The notes under the pieces are model-generated. The model had not been told where the DNA came from. It worked only from the letters and a program-made list of their open reading frames with translations, and searched no databases. DNA of 64,000 nt from assembly GCF_003018255.1 (NCBI RefSeq), contig NZ_CP027440.1; one strand, 5' to 3'. Shown here one piece after another: positions 27,181 through 40,915 of this stretch (position 1 is the stretch's first letter; every line of letters begins with the position of its first letter). The DNA is from Escherichia coli (GTDB lineage Bacteria; Pseudomonadota; Gammaproteobacteria; Enterobacterales; Enterobacteriaceae). The translations under genes were made by a program, and so were the position numbers.

Positions 27181-28386
27181 ATGTCATGGCAGCAATTCAA
27201 ACACGCCTGGTTGATTAAATTCTGGGCCCCCATCCCTGCGGTCATCGCGGCGGGTATTCTCTCCACTTACTACTTTGGCATCACTGGCACCTTTTGGGCT
27301 GTCACGGGTGAATTTACCCGCTGGGGCGGTCAGCTTCTGCAGCTGTTCGGCGTCCATGCTGAAGAGTGGGGTTATTTTAAAATTATCCATCTGGAAGGAT
27401 CGCCATTAACCCGCATCGACGGCATGATGATCCTCGGTATGTTTGGCGGCTGCTTTGCTGCAGCGCTGTGGGCCAACAATGTCAAACTACGCATGCCACG
27501 CAGCCGTATCCGCATTATGCAGGCCATTATTGGCGGCATTATCGCTGGTTTTGGCGCGCGTCTGGCAATGGGCTGTAACCTGGCGGCGTTCTTTACCGGC
27601 ATTCCTCAGTTCTCGCTGCATGCCTGGTTCTTTGCCATCGCCACTGCCATTGGTTCATGGTTTGGCGCGCGCTTTACCCTGCTGCCCATCTTCCGTATTC
27701 CCGTGAAAATGCAGAAAGTTTCTGCCGCCTCACCGCTGACGCAAAAACCGGATCAGGCGCGGCGTCGTTTTCGTCTCGGGATGCTGGTCTTTTTCGGCAT
27801 GCTGGGCTGGGCGCTGCTCACGGCGATGAACCAACCAAAACTGGGGCTGGCAATGCTGTTTGGCGTCGGCTTTGGTTTACTGATTGAACGTGCGCAAATC
27901 TGCTTTACTTCGGCGTTCCGCGATATGTGGATCACCGGACGTACCCATATGGCGAAAGCAATCATTATCGGTATGGCGGTGAGTGCCATCGGGATCTTCA
28001 GTTACGTACAGTTAGGCGTTGAACCTAAAATCATGTGGGCGGGACCAAATGCGGTAATTGGTGGTTTACTTTTTGGTTTTGGCATCGTGCTGGCAGGCGG
28101 CTGCGAAACCGGCTGGATGTACCGCGCGGTAGAAGGCCAGGTGCACTACTGGTGGGTCGGTCTGGGCAACGTGATCGGCTCAACGATTCTGGCGTATTAC
28201 TGGGATGATTTCGCTCCGGCGCTGGCCACCGACTGGGACAAAATCAACCTGCTGAAAACCTTTGGTCCGATGGGTGGCCTGCTGGTGACATATTTGCTGT
28301 TGTTTGCAGCTCTAATGTTGATTATCGGCTGGGAAAAACGCTTCTTCCGCCGTGCGGCACCGCAGATTGCTAAGGAGATCGCATGA
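27181..28386 (+). CDS. yedE: YedE/YeeE family membrane protein (putative selenium/thiosulfate-related transporter)
   Basis: 401-aa multi-pass ORF MSWQQFKHAWLIKFWAPIPAVIAAGILSTYYFGITG...; paired with the TusA-like yedF. Confidence 0.88.
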   Translation: MSWQQFKHAWLIKFWAPIPAVIAAGILSTYYFGITGTFWAVTGEFTRWGGQLLQLFGVHAEEWGYFKIIHLEGSPLTRIDGMMILGMFGGCFAAALWANNVKLRMPRSRIRIMQAIIGGIIAGFGARLAMGCNLAAFFTGIPQFSLHAWFFAIATAIGSWFGARFTLLPIFRIPVKMQKVSAASPLTQKPDQARRRFRLGMLVFFGMLGWALLTAMNQPKLGLAMLFGVGFGLLIERAQICFTSAFRDMWITGRTHMAKAIIIGMAVSAIGIFSYVQLGVEPKIMWAGPNAVIGGLLFGFGIVLAGGCETGWMYRAVEGQVHYWWVGLGNVIGSTILAYYWDDFAPALATDWDKINLLKTFGPMGGLLVTYLLLFAALMLIIGWEKRFFRRAAPQIAKEIA

Positions 28387-28616
28387 AAAATATCGTTCCT
28401 GATTACCGTCTTGATATGGTGGGTGAACCCTGCCCTTATCCGGCTGTCGCAACCCTTGAGGCGATGCCGCAGTTAAAAAAAGGGGAGATCCTGGAAGTGG
28501 TGAGCGACTGTCCGCAGTCGATCAATAATATTCCACTGGATGCGCGTAATCACGGCTATACGGTGCTGGATATTCAGCAAGACGGGCCGACCATTCGTTA
28601 TTTAATTCAGAAGTAA
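28383..28616 (+). CDS. yedF: TusA-like sulfurtransferase-family protein YedF
   Basis: 77-aa ORF with the conserved CPxP motif (GEPCPYPAV); 4-bp overlap with yedE. Confidence 0.88.
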   Translation: MKNIVPDYRLDMVGEPCPYPAVATLEAMPQLKKGEILEVVSDCPQSINNIPLDARNHGYTVLDIQQDGPTIRYLIQK

Positions 28617-28724
28617 TCCCTCATTCCCGCTGTGGCCCACAGCGGGAACATCGTTACCACTCTATCACATAGATTTTACCCGCCCCCTCTCCTATTCTTT
28701 TCAGTGTGCTCTCAGGAGGTTTCT

Positions 28725-29393
28725 ATGTGTGGACGCTTTGCCCAATCCCAAACGCGTGAAGATTACCTCGCGTTTCTCGCGGAAGATATTGAACGCGATA
28801 TTCCCTACGATCCCGAACCTATTGGCAGATACAACGTCGCGCCGGGAACCAAAGTCCTTCTGCTCAGTGAACGTGATGAACACCTTCATCTGGATCCGGT
28901 TTTCTGGGGATATGCTCCCGGATGGTGGGATAAACCGCCGCTGATTAACGCCCGCGTAGAAACTGCCGCAACCAGTCGCATGTTTAAACCGCTCTGGCAA
29001 CACGGTCGGGCAATCTGTTTTGCCGATGGCTGGTTTGAGTGGAAAAAAGAAGGCGACAAAAAACAGCCTTATTTTATCTATCGCGCTGACGGACAACCTG
29101 TTTTTATGGCCGCGATAGGTAGCACACCGTTTGAGCGTGGTGACGAAGCCGAAGGATTTTTGATCGTCACTGCGGCGGCAGATCAAGGTCTGGTAGATAT
29201 TCATGACCGCCGCCCGCTGGTTCTGTCGCCAGAAGCTGTACGGGAATGGATGCGGCAAGAGGTTGGCGGTAAAGAAGCCTCAGAAATTGCTGCCAGTGGC
29301 TGTGTGCCAGCAAACCAGTTCACCTGGCACCCGGTATCGTGCGCGGTGGGTAATGTTAAAAACCAGGGAGCGGCGTTAATTCAACCTGTTTGA
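28725..29393 (+). CDS. yedK: SOS-response-associated peptidase (SRAP) YedK, abasic-site-processing protein
   Basis: ORF 28632..29393; start trimmed to MCGRFAQSQTREDYLAFLAE (Met-Cys2 N-terminus typical of SRAP proteins; 222 aa). Confidence 0.88.
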   Translation: MCGRFAQSQTREDYLAFLAEDIERDIPYDPEPIGRYNVAPGTKVLLLSERDEHLHLDPVFWGYAPGWWDKPPLINARVETAATSRMFKPLWQHGRAICFADGWFEWKKEGDKKQPYFIYRADGQPVFMAAIGSTPFERGDEAEGFLIVTAAADQGLVDIHDRRPLVLSPEAVREWMRQEVGGKEASEIAASGCVPANQFTWHPVSCAVGNVKNQGAALIQPV

Positions 29394-29503
29394 TAAGCCT
29401 GGAGATTATTGATCAACAATACTGCGTCATAAGAAATCTCTATTAGACAAAGATTTCAGTACCTGTTGGCATATTGCAAAAATAACACCAATACGGAATC
29501 GTC

Positions 29504-29983
29504 ATGTTCACGATTAAAACAGATGATCTCACCCATCCAGCAGTGCAAGCATTAGTGGCTTACCATATTTCCGGCATGCTGCAGCAGTCTCCCCCCGAAA
29601 GTAGTCATGCTTTAGATGTGCAAAAATTACGTAACCCGAAAGTGACATTCTGGTCAGTATGGGAAGGCGAACAACTCGCAGGAATTGGTGCGCTGAAGTT
29701 GCTGGATGATAAACATGGCGAACTGAAATCAATGCGTACCGCGCCAAATTATTTACGTCGGGGTGTCGCCAGTCTGATTTTACGCCACATTTTGCAGGTC
29801 GCCCATGACAGATGCCTTCATCGCCTGAGCTTAGAAACGGGTACACAGGCTGGATTTACGGCCTGCCATCAACTTTATTTGAAACATGGATTCGTTGATT
29901 GCGAACCGTTTGCTGATTATCAACTTGATCCGCACAGTCGATTTTTGTCATTGACGCTATGCGAAAATAATGAATTGCCATGA
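29504..29983 (+). CDS. yedL: GNAT-family N-acetyltransferase YedL
   Basis: 159-aa ORF MFTIKTDDLTHPAVQALVAYHISGMLQQSPPESSHALDV... with acetyl-CoA-binding-like region RRGVASLIL. Confidence 0.85.
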   Translation: MFTIKTDDLTHPAVQALVAYHISGMLQQSPPESSHALDVQKLRNPKVTFWSVWEGEQLAGIGALKLLDDKHGELKSMRTAPNYLRRGVASLILRHILQVAHDRCLHRLSLETGTQAGFTACHQLYLKHGFVDCEPFADYQLDPHSRFLSLTLCENNELP

Positions 29984-30387
29984 GCCAGACGCAGCACATT
30001 CTTGCATTCGACGTGCTGCGCCTTTATTTATTATCAGCCGCAAATGTCTTGTCCTTAGACGCTCTTTCCACATGCGCCACAAGAAACCTCTATTCCAGTG
30101 ACACAATTATGCCTGATTATTTCCCTAGCCCGGAATATGAATAAAAACATCAAATAAGATGAAATTATCAAAATATTAATGTTGCGTCTGAGGTCGTAAC
30201 AACATCCGACGTGGTGATATGTCAAATGAGACACTCTGATGGTCAAAGGGTTTATCGCGTTTACAGATCGTGGATGGCAGAAAACTTTCAGAATCAGGTT
30301 TCCATTTTAAACCAGAAATTAAGTGAGTTTGTCCCATCCATGCCCCACGCGGTGAGATCGGATGTAATCAACAACAGGTTACAAAAC

Positions 30388-30702
30388 CTACACCTGCATG
30401 CTCATCACTTCCTGATACGCCGCCACCAGCTTATTACGCACCTGAATCCCCATTTGCATTGAAACTGAGGCTTTTTGCATATCGGTCATCACATCGTTTA
30501 ACGCCACGCCGGGTTCACCGAGAGTGAATTTTTCTGCCTGCGTGCGGGCGGCTGTTTGTGTATCGCTTATGCGATCGAGCGCGGCGTGCAGCTGCCCGGC
30601 AAAACTAATGGTCGGTTGTGGCAGTGATTCCTGTGTACGCGCACTCATCGCCGTAGCCTGTAACTGGCTGATAACCCCTTCAATCCCCTGTATCGCTGAC
30701 AT
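30388..30702 (-). CDS. fliE: flagellar hook-basal body complex protein FliE
   Basis: ORF 30388..30732; start trimmed to [22 protein letters not shown] (104 aa). Confidence 0.92.
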   Translation of the reverse strand: MSAIQGIEGVISQLQATAMSARTQESLPQPTISFAGQLHAALDRISDTQTAARTQAEKFTLGEPGVALNDVMTDMQKASVSMQMGIQVRNKLVAAYQEVMSMQV

Positions 30703-30916
30703 TTTCATCTCCCGGATAATTTCTGGCAGCAAAGCCTACCAGTAAGTCAATAAGACAAAGGCGCTAAATAGCAACAAAAAAACGGGTTTATTGGCGGATA
30801 GAAAAAAACGAAAGCACAAATAATGGGAGCGTCAATTTTTCGAGTTTGCTGACCCGGGAGTGAGTCTTGTTCCACTTTGCCAATAACGCCGTCCATAATC
30901 AGCCACGAGGTGCGCG

Positions 30917-34241
<3,325 letters not shown>

Positions 34242-34242
<1 letters not shown>

Positions 34243-35615
34243 TGACCACGCGCCTGACTCGCTGGCTAACCACGCTGGATAACTTTGAAGCCAAAATGGC
34301 GCAGTTGCCTGCGGTACGTCGCTACGGGCGATTAACCCGCGCTACCGGGCTGGTGCTGGAAGCCACCGGATTACAATTGCCGCTCGGCGCAACCTGTGTC
34401 ATTGAGCGCCAGAACGGCAGCGAAACGCACGAAGTAGAAAGCGAAGTCGTTGGCTTTAACGGTCAACGGCTGTTTTTAATGCCGCTGGAGGAAGTCGAAG
34501 GTGTCCTGCCCGGCGCGCGTGTTTATGCCAAAAACATTTCGGCTGAAGGGCTGCAAAGCGGCAAGCAGTTGCCGCTCGGTTCGGCGTTATTAGGTCGCGT
34601 TCTGGACGGCAGCGGTAAACCGCTTGATGGCCTCCCCTCCCCCGATACGACGGAAACCGGTGCGCTGATTACCCCGCCATTTAACCCGTTGCAACGTACA
34701 CCGATTGAACATGTGCTGGACACCGGCGTGCGCCCAATCAATGCCCTGCTTACCGTCGGGCGCGGGCAGCGTATGGGGCTGTTTGCCGGGTCCGGCGTTG
34801 GTAAAAGTGTGCTGCTGGGGATGATGGCACGTTACACCCGCGCCGATGTCATTGTCGTGGGTTTGATTGGTGAACGAGGGCGCGAAGTAAAAGATTTTAT
34901 TGAGAATATCCTCGGTGCCGAAGGACGTGCACGCTCCGTGGTGATTGCCGCTCCGGCGGATGTTTCTCCGCTCCTGCGAATGCAGGGTGCCGCCTATGCC
35001 ACGCGCATTGCCGAAGATTTTCGCGATCGTGGTCAGCATGTGTTGCTGATTATGGACTCCCTCACCCGCTACGCGATGGCCCAGCGTGAAATTGCGCTGG
35101 CGATTGGCGAACCACCTGCCACTAAAGGTTATCCACCGTCGGTGTTTGCCAAATTACCGGCACTGGTCGAGCGTGCCGGAAATGGCATTAGCGGCGGCGG
35201 CTCGATTACCGCGTTTTATACCGTGCTCACCGAAGGCGATGACCAGCAGGACCCCATTGCCGACTCCGCGCGGGCAATCCTCGACGGTCACATTGTGCTG
35301 TCTCGCCGACTGGCGGAAGCCGGGCACTATCCGGCTATCGATATTGAAGCGTCGATCAGTCGCGCAATGACGGCGTTGATCAGTGAGCAACATTACGCGC
35401 GAGTGCGCACCTTCAAACAGCTGTTGTCGAGTTTTCAGCGTAACCGCGATCTGGTTAGCGTCGGCGCGTATGCCAAAGGCAGCGATCCGATGCTCGACAA
35501 AGCCATCGCCCTGTGGCCGCAGCTGGAGGGCTATTTGCAACAAGGCATTTTTGAACGCGCGGACTGGGAAGCGTCTCTCCAGGGGCTGGAGCGTATTTTC
35601 CCGACAGTATCATAA
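34242..35615 (+). CDS. fliI: flagellum-specific ATPase FliI
   Basis: 457-aa ORF with Walker A GSGVGKS; F1-ATPase-like. Confidence 0.95.
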
Positions 35616-35633
35616 CCCAGGAGATAACGGCAG

Positions 35634-36077
35634 ATGACAGAACATGGCGCGCTGGCGACCCTGAAAGATCTGGCAGAAAAAGAGGTAGAGGATGCCGCGC
35701 GCCTGCTGGGTGAAATGCGTCGGGGATGTCAGCAGGCGGAAGAACAGCTCAAAATGCTGATCGATTATCAGAATGAATATCGCAATAACCTCAATAGCGA
35801 TATGAGTGCCGGGATGACCAGCAACCGCTGGATCAACTATCAGCAGTTTATCCAGACGCTGGAAAAAGCCATTACTCAGCATCGCCAGCAACTTAATCAG
35901 TGGACGCAGAAAGTAGACATTGCCCTGAACAGCTGGCGAGAAAAGAAACAACGTTTGCAGGCTTGGCAGACACTGCAGGAACGGCAATCCACGGCGGCAC
36001 TGCTTGCAGAAAACCGCCTCGATCAGAAAAAGATGGATGAGTTCGCCCAGCGCGCCGCCATGAGGAAACCTGAATGA
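35634..36077 (+). CDS. fliJ: flagellar export protein FliJ
   Basis: 147-aa coiled-coil [34 protein letters not shown]. Confidence 0.92.
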   Translation: MTEHGALATLKDLAEKEVEDAARLLGEMRRGCQQAEEQLKMLIDYQNEYRNNLNSDMSAGMTSNRWINYQQFIQTLEKAITQHRQQLNQWTQKVDIALNSWREKKQRLQAWQTLQERQSTAALLAENRLDQKKMDEFAQRAAMRKPE

Positions 36078-37201
36078 TTCGCATAGCGCCCTTGATTACC
36101 GCTGACGTTGATAACGCCACATTGCCTGGCGGCAAAGCCAGCGATGCTGCACAAGATTTTCTCGCGTTGTTGAGCGAAGCATTAGCAGGCGAGACAACAA
36201 CCGACAAAGCGGCCCCCCAGTTGCTGGTGGCAACAGATAAGCCCACGACAAAAGGCGAGCCGCTGGTCAGCGATATTGTTTCCGATGCGCAACAAGCAGA
36301 TTTACTGATCCCTGTGGATGAAACACCGCCTGTCATCAACGACAAACAATCCACATCAACATCGTTAACCACCGCTCAGACGATAACGTTGGCTGCGGCG
36401 GCTGACAACAATACGGCAAAAGACGAAAAAGCGGATGATCTGAATGAAGACGTCACCGCAAGCCTGAGCGCCCTTTTTGCGATGTTGCCGGGTTTTGACA
36501 ATACGCCCAAAGTGACTGATGCACCGTCAACCGTGTTACCGACAGAGAAACCAACGCTTTTCACAAAACTGACTTCTGCGCAACTCACTACAGCACAGCC
36601 TGATGACGCCCCCGGCACACCAGCTCAGCCATTAACACCGCTGGTAGCAGAAGCCCAGAGTAAAGCGGAAGTCATCAGCACGCCTTCGTCGGTGACCGCT
36701 GCCGCCAGCCCGCTAATCACTCCACACCAGACACAGCCACTGCCCACCGTCGCCGCGCCTGTTTTGAGTGCACCGCTGGGTTCTCACGAATGGCAACAAT
36801 CATTAAGCCAGCATATTTCGCTGTTCACCCGCCAGGGGCAACAAAGTGCAGAGTTGCGTCTGCACCCACAGGATTTAGGTGAAGTGCAAATTTCCCTCAA
36901 AGTGGATGATAACCAGGCGCAAATCCAGATGGTTTCACCGCATCAGCACGTACGCGCCGCCCTGGAAGCAGCGCTGCCGGTACTGCGTACGCAGCTGGCC
37001 GAAAGTGGCATTCAGTTAGGGCAAAGCAACATCAGTGGCGAAAGCTTTAGTGGTCAGCAGCAGGCCGCTTCCCAACAACAGCAAAGCCAACGCACAGCAA
37101 ACCATGAACCTCTGGCGGGGGAAGACGACGATACGCTTCCGGTTCCCGTCTCTTTACAAGGGCGTGTAACAGGCAACAGCGGCGTTGATATTTTCGCCTA
37201 A
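36074..37201 (+). CDS. fliK: flagellar hook-length control protein FliK
   Basis: 375-aa Pro/Thr/Ala-rich [36 protein letters not shown]. Confidence 0.92.
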   Translation: MIRIAPLITADVDNATLPGGKASDAAQDFLALLSEALAGETTTDKAAPQLLVATDKPTTKGEPLVSDIVSDAQQADLLIPVDETPPVINDKQSTSTSLTTAQTITLAAAADNNTAKDEKADDLNEDVTASLSALFAMLPGFDNTPKVTDAPSTVLPTEKPTLFTKLTSAQLTTAQPDDAPGTPAQPLTPLVAEAQSKAEVISTPSSVTAAASPLITPHQTQPLPTVAAPVLSAPLGSHEWQQSLSQHISLFTRQGQQSAELRLHPQDLGEVQISLKVDDNQAQIQMVSPHQHVRAALEAALPVLRTQLAESGIQLGQSNISGESFSGQQQAASQQQQSQRTANHEPLAGEDDDTLPVPVSLQGRVTGNSGVDIFA

Positions 37202-37305
37202 CGTCAGAGGTAGCACCGTAATCCGCGTCTTTTCCCCGCTTTGTTGCGCTCAAGACGCAGGATAATTAGCCGATAAGCAGTAGCGACACAGGAAGACCGC
37301 AACAC

Positions 37306-37770
37306 ATGACTGATTACGCGATAAGCAAGAAAAGCAAGCGATCGCTTTGGATCCCGATTCTGGTATTCATTACCCTCGCGGCCTGTGCCAGCGCAGGTTA
37401 CAGCTACTGGCATTCGCATCAGGTTGCCGCTGAAGACAAAGCGCAGCAACGCGTCGTGCCCTCCCCGGTCTTCTATGCGCTGGATACCTTTACGGTCAAT
37501 CTGGGCGATGCGGATCGCGTACTTTATATCGGCATAACCCTGCGACTCAAAGATGAAGCTACCCGCTCGCGGCTGAGTGAGTATTTGCCGGAAGTCCGTA
37601 GCCGTTTGCTGTTACTGTTTTCGCGTCAGGATGCTGCCGTACTGGCGACAGAAGAAGGTAAGAAAAACCTGATTGCCGAGATTAAAACCACACTTTCCAC
37701 CCCGCTTGTTGCCGGGCAACCGAAACAGGATGTCACCGACGTGCTGTATACCGCTTTTATTCTGCGATAA
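37306..37770 (+). CDS. fliL: flagellar basal body-associated protein FliL
   Basis: 154-aa [38 protein letters not shown]. Confidence 0.92.
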   Translation: MTDYAISKKSKRSLWIPILVFITLAACASAGYSYWHSHQVAAEDKAQQRVVPSPVFYALDTFTVNLGDADRVLYIGITLRLKDEATRSRLSEYLPEVRSRLLLLFSRQDAAVLATEEGKKNLIAEIKTTLSTPLVAGQPKQDVTDVLYTAFILR

Positions 37771-37774
37771 CGAC

Positions 37775-38779
37775 ATGGGCGATAGTATTCTTTCTCAAGC
37801 TGAAATTGATGCGCTGTTGAATGGTGACAGCGAAGTCAAAGACGAACCGACAGCCAGTGTTAGCGGCGAAAGTGACATTCGTCCGTACGATCCGAATACC
37901 CAACGACGGGTTGTGCGCGAACGTTTGCAGGCGCTGGAAATCATTAATGAGCGCTTTGCCCGCCATTTTCGTATGGGGCTGTTCAACCTGCTGCGCCGTA
38001 GCCCGGACATTACCGTCGGGGCCATCCGCATTCAGCCGTACCATGAATTTGCCCGCAACTTGCCGGTGCCGACCAACCTGAACCTTATCCACCTTAAACC
38101 GCTGCGCGGCACAGGGCTGGTGGTGTTCTCACCGAGTCTGGTGTTTATCGCCGTGGATAACCTGTTTGGCGGCGATGGACGCTTCCCGACCAAAGTGGAA
38201 GGTCGCGAGTTTACCCATACAGAACAGCGCGTCATCAACCGCATGTTAAAGCTGGCGCTTGAAGGCTATAGCGACGCCTGGAAGGCGATTAATCCGCTGG
38301 AAGTTGAGTACGTACGTTCGGAAATGCAGGTGAAATTTACCAATATCACCACCTCACCGAACGACATCGTGGTTAACACGCCGTTCCATGTGGAGATTGG
38401 CAACCTGACCGGCGAATTTAATATCTGTCTGCCATTCAGCATGATCGAGCCGCTACGGGAATTGTTGGTTAACCCGCCGCTGGAAAACTCGCGTAATGAA
38501 GATCAGAACTGGCGCGATAACCTGGTGCGCCAGGTGCAGCATTCACAGCTGGAGCTGGTCGCCAACTTTGCCGATATATCGCTACGCCTGTCGCAGATTT
38601 TAAAACTGAAACCCGGTGACGTCCTGCCGATAGAAAAACCCGACCGCATCATCGCCCATGTTGACGGTGTCCCGGTGCTGACCAGTCAGTACGGCACCCT
38701 CAACGGTCAGTATGCGTTACGGATAGAACATTTGATTAACCCGATTTTAAATTCTCTGAACGAGGAACAGCCCAAATGA
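37775..38779 (+). CDS. fliM: flagellar motor switch protein FliM
   Basis: ORF 37673..38779; start trimmed to MGDSILSQAEIDALLNGDSE (334 aa), immediately after the fliL stop. Confidence 0.93.
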   Translation: MGDSILSQAEIDALLNGDSEVKDEPTASVSGESDIRPYDPNTQRRVVRERLQALEIINERFARHFRMGLFNLLRRSPDITVGAIRIQPYHEFARNLPVPTNLNLIHLKPLRGTGLVVFSPSLVFIAVDNLFGGDGRFPTKVEGREFTHTEQRVINRMLKLALEGYSDAWKAINPLEVEYVRSEMQVKFTNITTSPNDIVVNTPFHVEIGNLTGEFNICLPFSMIEPLRELLVNPPLENSRNEDQNWRDNLVRQVQHSQLELVANFADISLRLSQILKLKPGDVLPIEKPDRIIAHVDGVPVLTSQYGTLNGQYALRIEHLINPILNSLNEEQPK

Positions 38780-39189
38780 GTGACATGAATAATCCGGCCG
38801 ATGACAACAACGGCGCAATGGACGATCTGTGGGCTGAAGCGTTGAGCGAACAAAAATCAACCAGCGGCAAAAGCGCTGCCGACGCGGTGTTCCAGCAATT
38901 TGGCGGTGGTGATGTCAGCGGAACGTTGCAGGATATCGACCTGATTATGGATATTCCGGTCAAGCTGACCGTCGAGCTGGGCCGCACACGAATGACCATC
39001 AAAGAGTTATTGCGTCTGACGCAAGGGTCCGTCGTGGCGCTGGACGGCCTGGCGGGCGAACCGCTGGATATTCTGATCAACGGTTATTTAATTGCTCAGG
39101 GCGAAGTTGTCGTAGTCGCTGATAAATATGGCGTGCGGATCACCGATATCATTACTCCGTCTGAGCGAATGCGTCGCCTGAGCCGTTAG
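38776..39189 (+). CDS. fliN: flagellar motor switch protein FliN
   Basis: 137-aa ORF MSDMNNPADDNNGAMDDLWAEALSEQK... with C-terminal SpoA domain. Confidence 0.93.
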   Translation: MSDMNNPADDNNGAMDDLWAEALSEQKSTSGKSAADAVFQQFGGGDVSGTLQDIDLIMDIPVKLTVELGRTRMTIKELLRLTQGSVVALDGLAGEPLDILINGYLIAQGEVVVVADKYGVRITDIITPSERMRRLSR

Positions 39190-39557
39190 TGATGAATAAC
39201 CATGCTACTGTGCAATCTTCCGCGCCGGTTTCTACTGCGCCACTGCTGCAGGTGAGCGGCGCACTCATCGCCATTATTGCCCTGATCCTCGCTGCTGCCT
39301 GGCTGGTAAAACGGCTGGGATTTGCCCCGAAACGCACTGGCGTTAACGGTCTGAAAATTAGCGCCAGTGCTTCGCTGGGCGCGCGTGAACGGGTCGTGGT
39401 GGTCGATGTGGAAGATGCACGGCTGGTGCTCGGCGTTACCGCAGGGCAAATCAATCTGCTGCATAAACTTCCCCCTTCAGCACCAACGGAAGAGATACCG
39501 CAGACCGATTTTCAGTCGGTCATGAAAAATTTGCTTAAGCGTAGCGGGAGATCCTGA
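39189..39557 (+). CDS. fliO: flagellar biosynthesis protein FliO
   Basis: 122-aa [47 protein letters not shown]. Confidence 0.9.
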   Translation: MMNNHATVQSSAPVSTAPLLQVSGALIAIIALILAAAWLVKRLGFAPKRTGVNGLKISASASLGARERVVVVDVEDARLVLGVTAGQINLLHKLPPSAPTEEIPQTDFQSVMKNLLKRSGRS

Positions 39558-39770
39558 TGCGTCGTTTGTTGTCTGTCGCACCTGTCCTTCTCTGGCTGGT
39601 TACGCCCCTCGCCTTCGCGCAACTGCCGGGTATCACCAGCCAGCCGCTGCCTGGCGGTGGACAAAGCTGGTCGCTCCCGGTGCAGACGCTGGTGTTCATT
39701 ACCTCGTTGACGTTTATCCCGGCAATTTTACTGATGATGACCAGTTTCACCCGCATCATCATTGTTTTTG

Positions 39771-40000
39771 GTTTATTGCGTAACGCACTGGGAACACCCT
39801 CCGCGCCACCTAACCAGGTATTGCTGGGGCTGGCACTGTTTTTGACCTTTTTTATTATGTCGCCGGTGATCGACAAAATTTATGTCGATGCGTACCAGCC
39901 ATTTAGCGAAGAGAAAATATCAATGCAGGAGGCGCTGGAAAAAGGGGCGCAGCCGCTGCGTGAGTTTATGCTGCGTCAGACCCGTGAGGCAGATTTAGGG
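39771..40000. repeat. direct repeat copy 1 (native fliP sequence)
   Basis: 230 bp, identical apart from a 1-bp G deletion to 40106..40334. Confidence 0.9.
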
Positions 40001-40069
40001 GTCCATGCGCTGTTGTCTTGACTGTTACGTCTTCGCGCAACTTTCAACCTGCTGCTGACGCTGTTTGCA

Positions 40070-40105
40070 TTTTTTTTTTTTTTTTTTTTTTTTTCATTTT
40101 TTTTT
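40070..40105. repeat. homopolymeric T tract (T25-CA-T9) at the duplication junction
   Basis: 25 consecutive T, then CA, then 9 T, read directly from the sequence. Confidence 0.95.
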
Positions 40106-40334
40106 GTTTATTGCGTAACGCACTGGAACACCCTCCGCGCCACCTAACCAGGTATTGCTGGGGCTGGCACTGTTTTTGACCTTTTTTATTATGTCGCCGG
40201 TGATCGACAAAATTTATGTCGATGCGTACCAGCCATTTAGCGAAGAGAAAATATCAATGCAGGAGGCGCTGGAAAAAGGGGCGCAGCCGCTGCGTGAGTT
40301 TATGCTGCGTCAGACCCGTGAGGCAGATTTAGGG
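40106..40334. repeat. direct repeat copy 2 (duplicated fliP sequence)
   Basis: Repeats 39771..40000 with a single G deletion (cactgggaac becomes cactggaac). Confidence 0.9.
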
Positions 40335-40637
40335 TTGTTTGCCAGACTGGCGAATACCGGCCCGTTGCAGGGACCTGAAGCCGTGCCGATGCGCATTTTG
40401 CTCCCGGCTTACGTGACCAGCGAGTTGAAAACCGCATTTCAGATAGGCTTCACGATTTTCATTCCTTTTTTGATTATCGACCTGGTGATTGCCAGCGTGT
40501 TGATGGCATTGGGGATGATGATGGTTCCCCCAGCCACCATTGCTCTGCCCTTTAAACTGATGCTGTTTGTACTGGTGGATGGCTGGCAATTGCTGGTCGG
40601 TTCGCTGGCGCAGAGCTTTTACAGCTAGAGAGGCAAA

Positions 40638-40907
40638 ATGACACCTGAATCGGTCATGATGATGGGGACTGAAGCGATGAAAGTCGCGCTGGCACTGGCT
40701 GCCCCACTGTTGCTGGTGGCGCTGGTCACGGGTCTTATCATCAGTATTTTGCAGGCCGCCACGCAGATCAACGAAATGACGCTGTCGTTTATTCCAAAAA
40801 TCATCGCCGTATTTATCGCCATTATTATTGCCGGACCGTGGATGCTCAATCTGTTGCTGGATTACGTCCGCACCTTGTTCACTAACCTGCCGTATATCAT
40901 CGGGTAG
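40638..40907 (+). CDS. fliQ: flagellar export apparatus protein FliQ
   Basis: 89-aa [57 protein letters not shown]. Confidence 0.93.
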   Translation: MTPESVMMMGTEAMKVALALAAPLLLVALVTGLIISILQAATQINEMTLSFIPKIIAVFIAIIIAGPWMLNLLLDYVRTLFTNLPYIIG

Positions 40908-40915
40908 GCCGTACA

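Larger units (their letters stand above)
39557..40628 (+). pseudogene. fliP: fliP (flagellar export apparatus protein) interrupted by an internal ~335-bp duplication/insertion
   Basis: ORF 39557..40021 encodes FliP residues 1 to ~148 ([25 protein letters not shown]...QTREADLG) then VHALLS-stop. ORF 40155..40628 encodes the C-terminal ~157 aa from an internal Met. The two pieces overlap by a repeated 230-bp block; intact FliP would be 245 aa. Confidence 0.8.

Noticed and set aside
30055-30462. Two small overlapping ORFs (63 aa on the minus strand, 83 aa on the plus strand) in the yedL-fliE intergenic region
   Set aside because: AT-rich promoter region for fliE; translations are low-complexity, with no ribosome-binding site or recognisable family. 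The plus-strand ORF runs antisense into fliE.
39683-40334. Possibility that the diverged duplicate in fliP is a diversity-generating retroelement (template/variable repeat pair)
   Set aside because: No reverse transcriptase gene is nearby. The substitutions are not adenine-specific (for example G to T in ttgtttttg to ttttttttt). The target is an essential core flagellar gene, not a ligand-binding variable domain.
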